This document shows, one piece after another, positions 1 through 9,556 of a DNA stretch of 64,000 bases. Both the position numbers and the translations under genes were made by a program. Source of the stretch: Candidatus Micrarchaeia archaeon (GTDB lineage Archaea > Micrarchaeota > Micrarchaeia > Anstonellales > J096); the NCBI GenBank assembly GCA_041500865.1, contig JBGQMY010000004.1, positions 10,079 through 74,078 of the forward strand, written 5' to 3'. A model generated the notes under the pieces. The model worked only from the letters and a program-made list of their open reading frames with translations. It was not told the origin of the DNA and did not search any database. Within the stretch, counting starts at the first letter, position 1, and each line of letters opens with the position of its first letter.

Positions 1-405
1 ATCTGTTTCGGTAACGATTTTACCCTGTCCTGCAGTTTCCATTTTTTCTAGCATTGCTTTAATTAGTTCTGCTTTTCTTGTGTTGGTTTCTTTTTTCATT
101 TCTCCTTCTAGTCGATTAAGATCTATTTCAAACTGATCTATAGTTAGTCTACTTTTTTCCGTCTGTTCCGTCTTATTCCCGCTCGGTACGCTCATCGCGA
201 CCTCCTGCGCCGTGGCAATCGACGGCTTGAACAGCAGCAGCGCGCCGATGCCGACAAGCCCTGCAAAACTCGCAAACGCCGTTTTCCTGCCAATGCCTCT
301 TGTTCTCTTTCTTGCCTTTTCCTCTGTAAGGGGCTCTCCCGGAACATGACCATGAGTAGAACGAACTGCGCTAACCATCTTCCCCTTAGATTTTTCGCCT
401 ATCAT
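1..405 (-). CDS. Hypothetical exported/membrane-anchored protein, 5' part (runs off window start)
   Basis: Manual translation from ATG at 405: MIGEKSKGKMVSAV...RKTAFASFAGLVGIGALLLFKPSIATAQEV...; open to position 1; basic region followed by a hydrophobic stretch and AxA. Confidence 0.65.
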   Translation of the reverse strand, partial: MIGEKSKGKMVSAVRSTHGHVPGEPLTEEKARKRTRGIGRKTAFASFAGLVGIGALLLFKPSIATAQEVAMSVPSGNKTEQTEKSRLTIDQFEIDLNRLEGEMKKETNTRKAELIKAMLEKMETAGQGKIVTETD

Positions 406-582
406 GCTCTATTTTATGCGTCTAACTGTTTAAAAACATAGGTGCTTTATTTATAAATGACAAAGGACGGGTCTATCGTCACGGCAAACTATAGCAACCC
501 CATTGTCTCTCTGACCTCTCTCTTTTTAATCCAACAGCTTCTTTGACGAAACAGTCGGCCAAGCAATGAACGAGCGCGTCCT

Positions 583-2850
583 TTGGTTCCCAAAAAGGAA
601 GGTATTTATTCTGAAATAGTGCAAAAGGCAGCTATGGTGGTAATACAAAAACCGCTACAGGTTGTAATGAAGGAAAAAGGCATTGTTGAGCCAAGAGAAA
701 TAGAAAAGGTAAAGCAGCAGTGTCTCAAATACAAGGATATGGTGGACACTTTTTATAATGAAGCAAATGTATGGGTCCGTGACGGGATGACTGACTCACA
801 AAAGCAGGAAACACTGAAGAAAAAGTATTTTGAATTGGAATCAAGTCTCGAAATTGGGAAATACGCAGGCATATGCTCGTATGTATATGCATGGAAGATG
901 GAGGTTTTGTCCAGCTATATTTTTACAAAAGGCGACGTTCACGCGAGCATAAGCATGGCTGCAAACCCCGCGATAGATATGCCTATAGGATCATTTGAAG
1001 AGAAAAAAAGCGCATTTGAATATTTGGAAGGAATATCCGACAAAATAGGCAGTTTCATAATGGCGCTTAGCTCTTCCGCTTCACTACAAAAAATCGCGAA
1101 CAGAGCAGGAGAAATAAGAGAAGAATTCGCATCATATATGGGCAAAAAAACAGATAAAAAGTATACATCCAGGATGATGGATACTGAAATTTTAATTTAC
1201 GGCTCTGAATTTGAGTTTTTTAAGGATCATTATATATCATTCGGCATAAGCGAATCTGGAGCAGAAGCGCTTGCAAAACAAAGATGCAAATCGGAGAGTA
1301 TACAAGTGGCAGGTCTCTACAGTTCCAAAACAAATACACTGCGCATTAATCTTGAGCGCCTGAAAAAGGATAATGGCAGTGACTACCTTTCCCAGGTATG
1401 GGTTACCGTGGCGCACGAGCTGGCGCACAGCTTGGGTGGTTTTAAGGGCAGATACCATGATATGGACACCGAAGTGTTCAATGACGCAATCTGCGAGCAT
1501 ATAGCAGATGATTTTGTAAGAAACGGGCTTAAAATGGATTTCAATGGCAACTCATATACCCGCCTGATGAATTCAATATGCTGGAAGCTTTTTGGGCTGG
1601 TGGGAGAAGAAAAAGTGTTTGAAGCTTATGTAAACAAGGACATATCAATTATACAGAACGACATTGATGAGGCCGTTTCGCTTGACCCAAAACTGGAAGA
1701 TTTCCTGAAAAAGAGCAGGAAATATCTAATGGATTCGGAATGCGTCCATTTCAGGTGTTTTGCGGCATTGATGACTGAAGAGCTTGAAAACACCAACGTA
1801 ATAGATGGAATGGCGCGCCATTATGCCCGCATAATCGCAAGAAGGATATTTTCAGACTGCAGGGGAAGAAGGGAAATTGAAGAGCCAAAGCTGTTTTTCC
1901 CGCGCAATTCCATTTCAGATGATGAAGCTGCCATAAGGGCGGGGCTCGTATCAATAAATGAGAATATGGAAGAGCGCAGGGCAAATTCGCTTCCGATTTA
2001 TTTTGACCCTTATTTCATTTCTACGATGTCCGCCCAGATTGCCACGGAATACAAGCTTGACGGCAGAAATTTGGCTGATACTGATAAATTTATTGGATAC
2101 CTAGTCGATGCGCTGAATAGGAATATGGATCCAAAAAGCGGTTATGTCCCCCTGCGCGAAAAATTCATGGCGCAGACTTCTTTGGACAACACCGAAAGAT
2201 ATTATGGCGCAAGCATCTTTGATTATGCATTGCTCTATCTCTTCCTGGATAATGGCGGGGTTCTGCCAAAGTCCATCAGGGAGATTGACCTGCAGATAAG
2301 GCGATTCATAAAAAAGACGGATTATTCAAGGTTCGGGCCGTTTACGGATGCCCTTGTGGAAGAAACATTCAGGAAAACCCTGAACCTTGTAAGGATAAAG
2401 ATGAAAGAGAGCTCCTCCATTGACCGTTTAATGACTGATTCGGACCTGAAAAATGAGATATCCTCAAGATATGGGCTTAACTCAGCTGATATTGCGCCAT
2501 TGGTTGCATTGGTCAGGGAATATGCGCGCCATGTTGGGGTAGAGGATATGGCTAGGTATTATCCACAATATGCCCATTATTCAAAGCCCAGCCCATGGGA
2601 GATATTGGGTATCATGCGCGCTGCTGTGCGAAACATCGCAGGAATGATGTACATGCCGCCTGTCGAAGCGGGCGGCAGCACGTTTTATGGCAGTTGCGTG
2701 ACGCCTATCACAGGTCCAATGCTAAAGGATTATTTCAATATCGCCGTTGAAGAGAACAGGATTCATCAAAACGTTAAAACTGCAACCTTCTGCTCTGCGT
2801 CTGCCCAACTTTACATACCGATGGGATTTACCGGAACAGTCGAGTTGTAA
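583..2850 (+). CDS. Putative zinc metallopeptidase (HExxH zincin), 755 aa
   Basis: VAHELAH motif followed by EVFNDAICE (gluzincin-like third-ligand region); AT-richer than the core genes; TTG start uncertain. Confidence 0.6.
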   Translation: MVPKKEGIYSEIVQKAAMVVIQKPLQVVMKEKGIVEPREIEKVKQQCLKYKDMVDTFYNEANVWVRDGMTDSQKQETLKKKYFELESSLEIGKYAGICSYVYAWKMEVLSSYIFTKGDVHASISMAANPAIDMPIGSFEEKKSAFEYLEGISDKIGSFIMALSSSASLQKIANRAGEIREEFASYMGKKTDKKYTSRMMDTEILIYGSEFEFFKDHYISFGISESGAEALAKQRCKSESIQVAGLYSSKTNTLRINLERLKKDNGSDYLSQVWVTVAHELAHSLGGFKGRYHDMDTEVFNDAICEHIADDFVRNGLKMDFNGNSYTRLMNSICWKLFGLVGEEKVFEAYVNKDISIIQNDIDEAVSLDPKLEDFLKKSRKYLMDSECVHFRCFAALMTEELENTNVIDGMARHYARIIARRIFSDCRGRREIEEPKLFFPRNSISDDEAAIRAGLVSINENMEERRANSLPIYFDPYFISTMSAQIATEYKLDGRNLADTDKFIGYLVDALNRNMDPKSGYVPLREKFMAQTSLDNTERYYGASIFDYALLYLFLDNGGVLPKSIREIDLQIRRFIKKTDYSRFGPFTDALVEETFRKTLNLVRIKMKESSSIDRLMTDSDLKNEISSRYGLNSADIAPLVALVREYARHVGVEDMARYYPQYAHYSKPSPWEILGIMRAAVRNIAGMMYMPPVEAGGSTFYGSCVTPITGPMLKDYFNIAVEENRIHQNVKTATFCSASAQLYIPMGFTGTVEL

Positions 2851-2895
2851 ATAAACATGGCGGGGCAAACATATTGCCTTCCGTCTAGGGAATAC

Positions 2896-3831
2896 TCACT
2901 TATGCTCCGAAACAACGCCGCCGTGCGCCATGAAAATGCGGACCTTTGCGCTTTCGGACCTTGAGAACAGCGAACTGCCCATAATCAATACCTCATCCTT
3001 GGCCCCGCTGACCTCGTTCTGTATCTCGGCATAGACGCAAGGCGTGTATCCCTCGCAGCAGTTGGATGAAAGCAAATGTTTGCGGTTCACAACAACCCAG
3101 CCTGCAGGGAGCCTGACCATCGTGCCGGAAGCCAGCACAGGGTCTACGCCCTTGCCAAGGTTGGTGAACCCGAATGCAATGTACGAGCGCGGCGGGTCAA
3201 TGGTCCCGTCCCTGATGCGGAAGGACGCGCTCATCCACGAGTAGCCGGAAGAAAGGGTTGAATGCATGACGCCGACCCAGCCGTTGCCCATCGCCTCTAT
3301 TATGCTGGCAGAGGTGTTCTGCCCAAGCACGAGCTCGACAGAGTCCTTGCCGGAGTAGTTCAGCTTCACCCCGTTCTGCGAAAACGAAAATCCCCAAAGG
3401 CCGTTGGTCTCCTCCAAAGAGGCGTTGTACGAGTTTGACAAAAGGGACTGGAAGAAGTTTTTATTGCTGTTTTTCCTGCCAGGCAGGGAGTGATACAGCA
3501 CCTTCACGGCAGTTTCGCTGGAGAAGCTAGGGACAGTGGAGACGCCGGAAAACCCGGTTATCACGCCATTCGGGCCGGCCAGGACGTTGGAAAGCCTTTT
3601 CCTTGCTGCCTCAAACGTCTTTTCAACAATTGTGTCTGCAGCGGAAACGCCCGGAAGGGCAGAAAACTCGGGGGCATTGGCGTCCATGAGCCTGCTTGTC
3701 TTTATCGCAGCCGGCTTCGGGGCCTTTGGATAGGATTCAGAAAGCGGGAGCAGGGCCAGCATTGCGGCAACTGCGCACTTTGCCACTGTTCCGGCGCGGC
3801 ACCTTTCCCTTGCGATGAATGAGGCACGCAT
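2896..3831 (-). CDS. Hypothetical secreted protein
   Basis: Start moved to ATG 3831 just after a TATA-containing motif; hydrophobic CAVAAMLALLPLS segment. Confidence 0.6.
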   Translation of the reverse strand: MRASFIARERCRAGTVAKCAVAAMLALLPLSESYPKAPKPAAIKTSRLMDANAPEFSALPGVSAADTIVEKTFEAARKRLSNVLAGPNGVITGFSGVSTVPSFSSETAVKVLYHSLPGRKNSNKNFFQSLLSNSYNASLEETNGLWGFSFSQNGVKLNYSGKDSVELVLGQNTSASIIEAMGNGWVGVMHSTLSSGYSWMSASFRIRDGTIDPPRSYIAFGFTNLGKGVDPVLASGTMVRLPAGWVVVNRKHLLSSNCCEGYTPCVYAEIQNEVSGAKDEVLIMGSSLFSRSESAKVRIFMAHGGVVSEHK

Positions 3832-3833
3832 AT

Positions 3834-3865
3834 CCCTATATTTGATAAATAGTGTTTTTAAATGT
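3834..3865 (-). promoter_or_regulatory. Shared promoter ACATTTAAAAACACTATTTATCAAATATAGGG (copy 1)
   Basis: 31/32 identical to 5378-5409; contains TTTAAAAA directly upstream of ATG 3831. Confidence 0.75.
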
Positions 3866-3895
3866 GTCTTTTTTAGCCGGAAAGCAGCCTTGGCG

Positions 3896-5374
3896 TCAGT
3901 ACGATGCTGCCATGTTGTCTCCAGGCCCCTTCTGCGCAGAGGCAAGCCTGCCAAGGGCCTTGCGATACTGCTGCCAGTGCCGCTCAACAAGCAAGGCGTA
4001 CTTGGCCTTGGATGCAGTGCCGTTGTAGTCCTGAACGGCCTCCCGGCAATATGATACGATGGTTGGCATCCTGCCCGTGAAAGACAGCAGCCCTGTTCCG
4101 GTATTCATGTAATAATTGTACCTGTAGTTGAGCGCGCCGGCCATCATGTTCATGGTTATGTCGCCCTGCCTGTCGTCCTTGACCTGTATGGCGTCAAAAA
4201 GGCCGGCCATCATAATCCTGGCATTCCCGAAATCATCCTTTTCGGGCAGCACGAATTTCATCACGTTCTCCAGCTCCCGCTTGTTTTCGTATGTGTTATA
4301 TGCGGCGTAGCTGAACAGCGGGCTGCCCCGGGTCAGCTGGCAGATGCCCTTGCCTTTCCTTGTATAATATTCATGGTCCATCCCGGTTTCCTGCGTCATC
4401 AGGGCAAGCAGCGTGCTCCTTTCAACGCCGGTCAGCTGCTCCATGGCGTCTGCAAGCACAGCGACCATGGCAAGGTACCTGTTGGACAGGTTCGGCCTTA
4501 TGATTTTCCTGTTTGCAGGAACCGAAACAGTCATGTCAATGCCCCTGTATGAGTCGTATTTCACGAGCTTGGTCCCTGCCTCCCCCCTGCCGTCCCTCAT
4601 GGCAATCATGACGTCGACGCTGCTGCACACCCTGTCCCAGTCTATGTTGGCGGCCAGCCGGTCTGCCATCTCCTTCCACCTTTCCCTGTAAAAGAATACG
4701 CATGCTATGCCTATGGATTTTTTCACGTAGTCCCTGTACTGGCCCAGGTTCACCCAGGGCGGCGGCGCGAACCTCACGCCATTCTTCCTTGCGCCGTAAT
4801 CGTCTTCAAGGCTCTTCGGAAAAACGGATGCCATCTGGCTGAACGCGCGACTGCGCCTCTCGAGCCAGTTCTGTATCTGGCCATGGTGCCTCTCCGGGCC
4901 GGCGTTGTCCATCGCAGGTATCCTGGTTGGCATCGCATTTATTGCCTGCTTTATCAGGTCCTCGGCCTCCTTCTGCGCCTCGTAGGCGGCCTTTTTCATG
5001 CTGCCAACGGCATCCTTGTTCTGGTTCACGTATTCCGGAGGCAGCACTATGATTATCTTCTCGCTCTTCATCCGCTTTATGACGGTTTCCGGGCTTTCAT
5101 TTCCCTTCATTTTCGGAGTGAGGTATATGACGGTTGGGGCATTCTCCGACTCTTCAGGCGTCTTTATCGCATTGGAAAACGATATTTTTTCCGTTCTTTG
5201 GGCCGCGCCCATGCCTTCCGTGTATGCATCAACGAACGGGGCTGTCGTGATTAACGCCCCCAGGCCGAAGAGCCTGATTAGGGATTTGCAGCGCCTTTCC
5301 TTTCTTATGGCCGCATTGCGCAGCCTGGCTTTTGGGCCATGGATTCTTCTCTTTCGTACAGACACGTTCCCCAT
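3896..5374 (-). CDS. Membrane-anchored protein with C-terminal SLT/lysozyme-like (lytic transglycosylase) domain
   Basis: Motifs in family order: LLALMTQETG (catalytic E), GKGICQLT, NMMAGALNY, AVQDYNG, KYALLV; N-terminal basic region plus hydrophobic LFGLGALITTAPFV. Confidence 0.7.
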   Translation of the reverse strand: MGNVSVRKRRIHGPKARLRNAAIRKERRCKSLIRLFGLGALITTAPFVDAYTEGMGAAQRTEKISFSNAIKTPEESENAPTVIYLTPKMKGNESPETVIKRMKSEKIIIVLPPEYVNQNKDAVGSMKKAAYEAQKEAEDLIKQAINAMPTRIPAMDNAGPERHHGQIQNWLERRSRAFSQMASVFPKSLEDDYGARKNGVRFAPPPWVNLGQYRDYVKKSIGIACVFFYRERWKEMADRLAANIDWDRVCSSVDVMIAMRDGRGEAGTKLVKYDSYRGIDMTVSVPANRKIIRPNLSNRYLAMVAVLADAMEQLTGVERSTLLALMTQETGMDHEYYTRKGKGICQLTRGSPLFSYAAYNTYENKRELENVMKFVLPEKDDFGNARIMMAGLFDAIQVKDDRQGDITMNMMAGALNYRYNYYMNTGTGLLSFTGRMPTIVSYCREAVQDYNGTASKAKYALLVERHWQQYRKALGRLASAQKGPGDNMAASY

Positions 5375-5377
5375 ATG

Positions 5378-5409
5378 CCCTATATTTGTTAAATAGTGTT
5401 TTTAAATGT
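5378..5409 (-). promoter_or_regulatory. Shared promoter (copy 2)
   Basis: 31/32 identical to 3834-3865; directly upstream of ATG 5374. Confidence 0.75.
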
Positions 5410-5507
5410 ATTTCCTTATGCATCATCCGATGCTGAACCCTGTGCCCTTTGGCAAGCTGCAGCCAACAAAGCCAGAAAACTTATTAACCCATCAGCAGAT
5501 ACTCGGC

Positions 5508-5975
5508 ATGGACGACAGAGGCTTCATGGAGGCTGCGATAGCCAAGGCAAGGAAAGGCATAACGGAAGGCCAAGGTCCCTTCGGCGCCCGCATAGCCAAG
5601 AAAGGAAAAACCGTCTCCTGCGAGCACAACAAAGTCTGGAAAAGCACGGATCCGACTGCGCACGCGGAGATGGAGGCAATAAGGAAGGCGTGCAAAAAGC
5701 TCAAGTCCATAGACCTTTCAGGCTGCACGATATATTCAACGACTGAGCCGTGCCCCATGTGCTTCTCTGCCATACACTGGGCAAAAATATCGAGGATAGT
5801 CTACGGCGCGACAATAAAAGAAGCAAAGAAATATGGTTTCCACGAGCTGGAAATATGCGTCACCACCATGGAGAAGGTCGGGAAGGAGCGCATACCCCTA
5901 AGGCCCGGATTCATGAGGAAGGAATGCGTCGCCCTTTTCAGGGAATGGAAAAAGTCGGGCGCAAAAACCTACTGA
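5508..5975 (+). CDS. Nucleoside/guanine deaminase (cytidine deaminase-like, Zn)
   Basis: HAE...PCPMC motifs, GPFGA; start moved to ATG 5508. Confidence 0.9.
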   Translation: MDDRGFMEAAIAKARKGITEGQGPFGARIAKKGKTVSCEHNKVWKSTDPTAHAEMEAIRKACKKLKSIDLSGCTIYSTTEPCPMCFSAIHWAKISRIVYGATIKEAKKYGFHELEICVTTMEKVGKERIPLRPGFMRKECVALFREWKKSGAKTY

Positions 5976-6412
5976 AGCCTGAACCCCATCCCTTTGGCTA
6001 CCCCGTTCCTTTCGGAGAACCCGACGCTGGCTTCGATAGCATAGTCGATTTCGCCCTTAGGCGCGTAATGCACGCATCCATTGGTCTTGTCGCAGGTCTC
6101 CATCATGATTATCTCGGTCACGGTTCCGCCCTTCACGCAAATCAGCTCCAAGGGAAACTTCACGTTCTGCATCCAGAATGAATTGTTCAACCTGCCCGCT
6201 AGGCCCATCGGAAACACCATACCATAATCGTCAGGCATTGAGCTACGGAACATCATGCCAAGCGTTTTCTTAACGGCATTGTCCGCAAGCTCGCCGCCGA
6301 AGCATTTTTCCCCGAAGCAGAACCTTGCAGGGGTCGTTTTAAGCATGAGGATTACTGCAATAACAAGTATGAAAATGGCAAGAGCAGCAGCCAACGCTAT
6401 GTTGTAACTCAT
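5969..6412 (-). CDS. DUF192-family protein with N-terminal TM helix
   Basis: ELAD...GMMFR...GMVF...FWMQNVKFPL pattern; ATG overlaps the TGA of the upstream ATPase. Confidence 0.8.
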   Translation of the reverse strand: MSYNIALAAALAIFILVIAVILMLKTTPARFCFGEKCFGGELADNAVKKTLGMMFRSSMPDDYGMVFPMGLAGRLNNSFWMQNVKFPLELICVKGGTVTEIIMMETCDKTNGCVHYAPKGEIDYAIEASVGFSERNGVAKGMGFRLQ

Positions 6413-8691
6413 GCGGGGCCGGTCTCCCTCTTGTTGGCCTCGATGCCCTCCTTGAGGAGCTTCGGGAACTGCGCATCCCACCTTTTCTGGGCCTCGCCGA
6501 AGTCAACAATCCCGTTATCGTCCTCAAGCGCGACCATCACCCTGTTGATGAAGTTGTTGCACTTGAGGAAGAAATCCAGCTGCGTGAGCTCCTTTATGCC
6601 GGTCTTTGCCGCGGCGTTGTTTATGTCAGAGAAAATCTTTCCCTTGAAGAACGCCTGCAGGACGTATTGCTCCGGCGGTATGCCGGTCAGGTCGCTCTTC
6701 CTCTTTATGAGCGGCGGTATGAATTCGAAGCTTAGCTCCTTTGCCATCTTCTTCATGTCAATGCCGGAAAGGTCGGCTGCCTCGGCCTCCTTGTTTTTCA
6801 GGAACAGGCAGTTCAGCACGGAACTTTCCAGCGAGTTGCCCCTTTTGTAGTCAAACGTCTTCACGAACTGCTTGTTCTCCCTGTCAGACTCGTAGGCGTA
6901 CCCTATGACCCTGTTCGTCCTGCCCTTCCTGCCGAACTTCACCTTGTTCAGGAAAACGTAACGGTCGGTCGCGAACATGGACGCCGCAGGTATGCCGAAG
7001 AACAGCTCCAGCCTGTCCTTGATGTCGTCAAGGCTTTCCGCGTGCAGGTTGTACAGCAGGAACACGCCTGGCTGCGTGTTCAGCAGGTTGATTACGCCCT
7101 GCACGGCGCTCCTGCTCCTTATCTCGTTGATTACGAGCGCGGCGTCGCCCATCCTGAGCAGCGCGTTTGCCATAGAAACCAAGTCCAGCTCCTTGACGTC
7201 CTTGCCTTCCACGTCCCCTGCCGCGACCTTCGCCGCGCCTATGTGGAAGCCCCTTTTGCGGAACGTGCGGACCGGGATTTCCCATATGTCCTGTATCGGG
7301 ATGATTCTCTTGCTCGGGCCGATTGCGGCAATCTCGGCGGCCGTGAAGGCCGTCTTTCCGCTCCCTTTCACGCCCAGGATTGCGCCGCTGGCGCCCATGC
7401 TCACGGACACGTCGTCATATCCGGCGAAGAACGGGGACATGGACTTGTATGCCAAATACTGCGCGTACGTGAACGGCTCTTCAGCCAGTATCCTCAGCGC
7501 GCCCTGCAGCTCGCCGAACGTCGCAGGCGGCCTTTGCAGGTGGCACCTCAGCGCCTCCCTTTTCATGACCACGTCCGCAATCGGGAAGTTCTCGTCGAAC
7601 TTTGTGCCCTTTTCCGAGAACACCATGTTTTTGAACGCCCTTTCAAGCATCTCGTAGTTGTACCTGTACAAAGACTGCACAATCCCGAACTCCCTGCTGT
7701 CCATGTATATCGGGCTGTTCTCGCTGTCTATGTAGATGTCCGTGAGGTTGTCCTTGTCCAGCATCAGGTTTTCCAGCGGCGAGCCCATGCCCACGACCCA
7801 TGCCGATGCCTCCCTTGCCATTATCAGCGCCTCCCTTGGCGTTATGTCAACGTTGTTCTGGAGCGCCTGGTCCATGAACTTGGCCTTGTACTCGTTTATC
7901 TTCAGCCCGAAAAGTATCGTGTAATCCATTGACGTGAAGTTCTCCTTTATCTGGGAGTCTATCATGTCCTTCAGCATTTTCTGCAGCGGAGGGGCCAGCC
8001 CGTCCAGCACCGGGTTGTCCATCCTGTATATCATGTAGTCCCTTTCAGGTATCTCGAATATCTGGACCTGGACCCCGAACGGCAGCTCGTATTTCGCCTT
8101 CGGGTCTTTCAGGGCAACTGCGTTATCCGGAAGGTCAAGGGAGATTGTGCTTGCGAACAGCAGGCTCTTTGTTCCTACCAACGAAAGGAATGCGCTCCTC
8201 ATGTCGCCCTTGGCCTTGACCAGCTTTATCATCTCGGTGGCTTCAAACCTTTTCAGTATCCCCGCCACCCATCCCTGGAACGTCTGCAGGCCCTTCATGA
8301 ACGCCGCGGTGTCGGGCGTCGCCTCCTTGTAGTCGCTGAGCAGCCTTGCCGCGCTTACGGGGTTCATGTACGCATAATCGACGAATTTTTCAAGCAGCGC
8401 CTGCCTTTTCCTGTAGTTCGGGTCAGCAGTATGGCCGTATATCTCCTTCTTCATCCTTATTCCTTCAACCTGCGCGATGACCTTTGCGTACTCGATGAGC
8501 ACGCTTGCCTTCTGCGGCGGCAGGATGAACGTGATTTCCTCCTCGTAGTCTATCTCCTTTATCGGCGTGTCTGATATGATGCTGACAAGGTTCTTCAAAT
8601 GGTAGTTTATGAATTCCGGAGACCCGAATTCGTACGGGCATTTAGCCAAGTCCACGATTCCCTTCGCGCCCTCTATCCTCAAGTCGCACAT
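6409..8691 (-). CDS. Type II/IV secretion or Tad-pilus ATPase (VirB11/TadA/CpaF family)
   Basis: Walker A GVKGSGKT, Asp-box IQDIWEI, ALLRMGDAALVINEIR, His-box LHAES. Confidence 0.85.
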   Translation of the reverse strand: MCDLRIEGAKGIVDLAKCPYEFGSPEFINYHLKNLVSIISDTPIKEIDYEEEITFILPPQKASVLIEYAKVIAQVEGIRMKKEIYGHTADPNYRKRQALLEKFVDYAYMNPVSAARLLSDYKEATPDTAAFMKGLQTFQGWVAGILKRFEATEMIKLVKAKGDMRSAFLSLVGTKSLLFASTISLDLPDNAVALKDPKAKYELPFGVQVQIFEIPERDYMIYRMDNPVLDGLAPPLQKMLKDMIDSQIKENFTSMDYTILFGLKINEYKAKFMDQALQNNVDITPREALIMAREASAWVVGMGSPLENLMLDKDNLTDIYIDSENSPIYMDSREFGIVQSLYRYNYEMLERAFKNMVFSEKGTKFDENFPIADVVMKREALRCHLQRPPATFGELQGALRILAEEPFTYAQYLAYKSMSPFFAGYDDVSVSMGASGAILGVKGSGKTAFTAAEIAAIGPSKRIIPIQDIWEIPVRTFRKRGFHIGAAKVAAGDVEGKDVKELDLVSMANALLRMGDAALVINEIRSRSAVQGVINLLNTQPGVFLLYNLHAESLDDIKDRLELFFGIPAASMFATDRYVFLNKVKFGRKGRTNRVIGYAYESDRENKQFVKTFDYKRGNSLESSVLNCLFLKNKEAEAADLSGIDMKKMAKELSFEFIPPLIKRKSDLTGIPPEQYVLQAFFKGKIFSDINNAAAKTGIKELTQLDFFLKCNNFINRVMVALEDDNGIVDFGEAQKRWDAQFPKLLKEGIEANKRETGPA

Positions 8692-8790
8692 GTGCCTAGT
8701 ATTGTTCCCGATATTTTTAAACCTGATGGCGTTTTTTCAGCGCATTCACTTGTCGATACTATTTTAAACACATTCCGCCACATCAACACA

Positions 8791-9546
8791 ATGCAAACTG
8801 AAAAGCCAACACAGCCTTTGCAAGCTGGAACGCCGGTGTGCCGGGGTCGGTTCAAAAATAAAAATGTGCTCCTGGCATTCGACAACGACGGTGTTCTCAG
8901 GGACGAGTCTGGTTCCTACCAGAGGTGCGTGAAGGAAACAGTCTCTTTTTTCAGCGGGACTCCGCCAACTGAGAAGGAGTTCATAGAATCGCTGATGCGC
9001 AGCAACAACGACTGGGAAAGAACGCATGAAATACTGAAGATACGTGGGGCACTAGTCAGTTTCAACCGCGTCAAAAGGCATTTTCAGGAACTTTATCTGG
9101 GAAAGGGCATGGATTTCAGCGGATACATCAAACACGAGCCGTGGTTGGCGAACAACAACCTGCTCGCGAGGCTGGCTGAAAGCCACGTGTTGGCAATAGT
9201 CAGCGGCGCGCCAAAAAAAGAGGTGGTGCATACTCTGGAAAAGAACGGCGCATCCGGCTATTTCAGTTTCATCTGGGGAATGCGGAAGCATAAGGGGAAA
9301 GCAGATGCGCTGAGGGAGGCTATAAGGCGCTTCAGGCCGGAGAGGACGTATTTCTGTGACGACCGGCCCTCGCCCATAAAGGCGGTGCTCGCCATGGGCA
9401 TTGAAAACCTCTTGGTCTATGGGATCCTGCCGCCCGGGGCTGAGATAAGATGGAAGGAAACGCTCTTGGCTGCCGGCGCGGCTGCGGTGTTCCGCGACGT
9501 CAACGAATACTGCTGGTTTTTGCTAGACGTAGCCAGAAGGATGTAA
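8791..9546 (+). CDS. HAD-superfamily hydrolase
   Basis: Motif I FDNDGVL, IVSG, K, CDD; start moved to ATG 8791 after TTTTAAA. Confidence 0.85.
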   Translation: MQTEKPTQPLQAGTPVCRGRFKNKNVLLAFDNDGVLRDESGSYQRCVKETVSFFSGTPPTEKEFIESLMRSNNDWERTHEILKIRGALVSFNRVKRHFQELYLGKGMDFSGYIKHEPWLANNNLLARLAESHVLAIVSGAPKKEVVHTLEKNGASGYFSFIWGMRKHKGKADALREAIRRFRPERTYFCDDRPSPIKAVLAMGIENLLVYGILPPGAEIRWKETLLAAGAAAVFRDVNEYCWFLLDVARRM

Positions 9547-9556
9547 GCAGGTATAT

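Noticed and set aside
457..582. Stop-codon readthrough or alternative genetic code extending the 583 ORF
   Set aside because: TGA terminates many conserved genes here at expected positions; nothing supports recoding.
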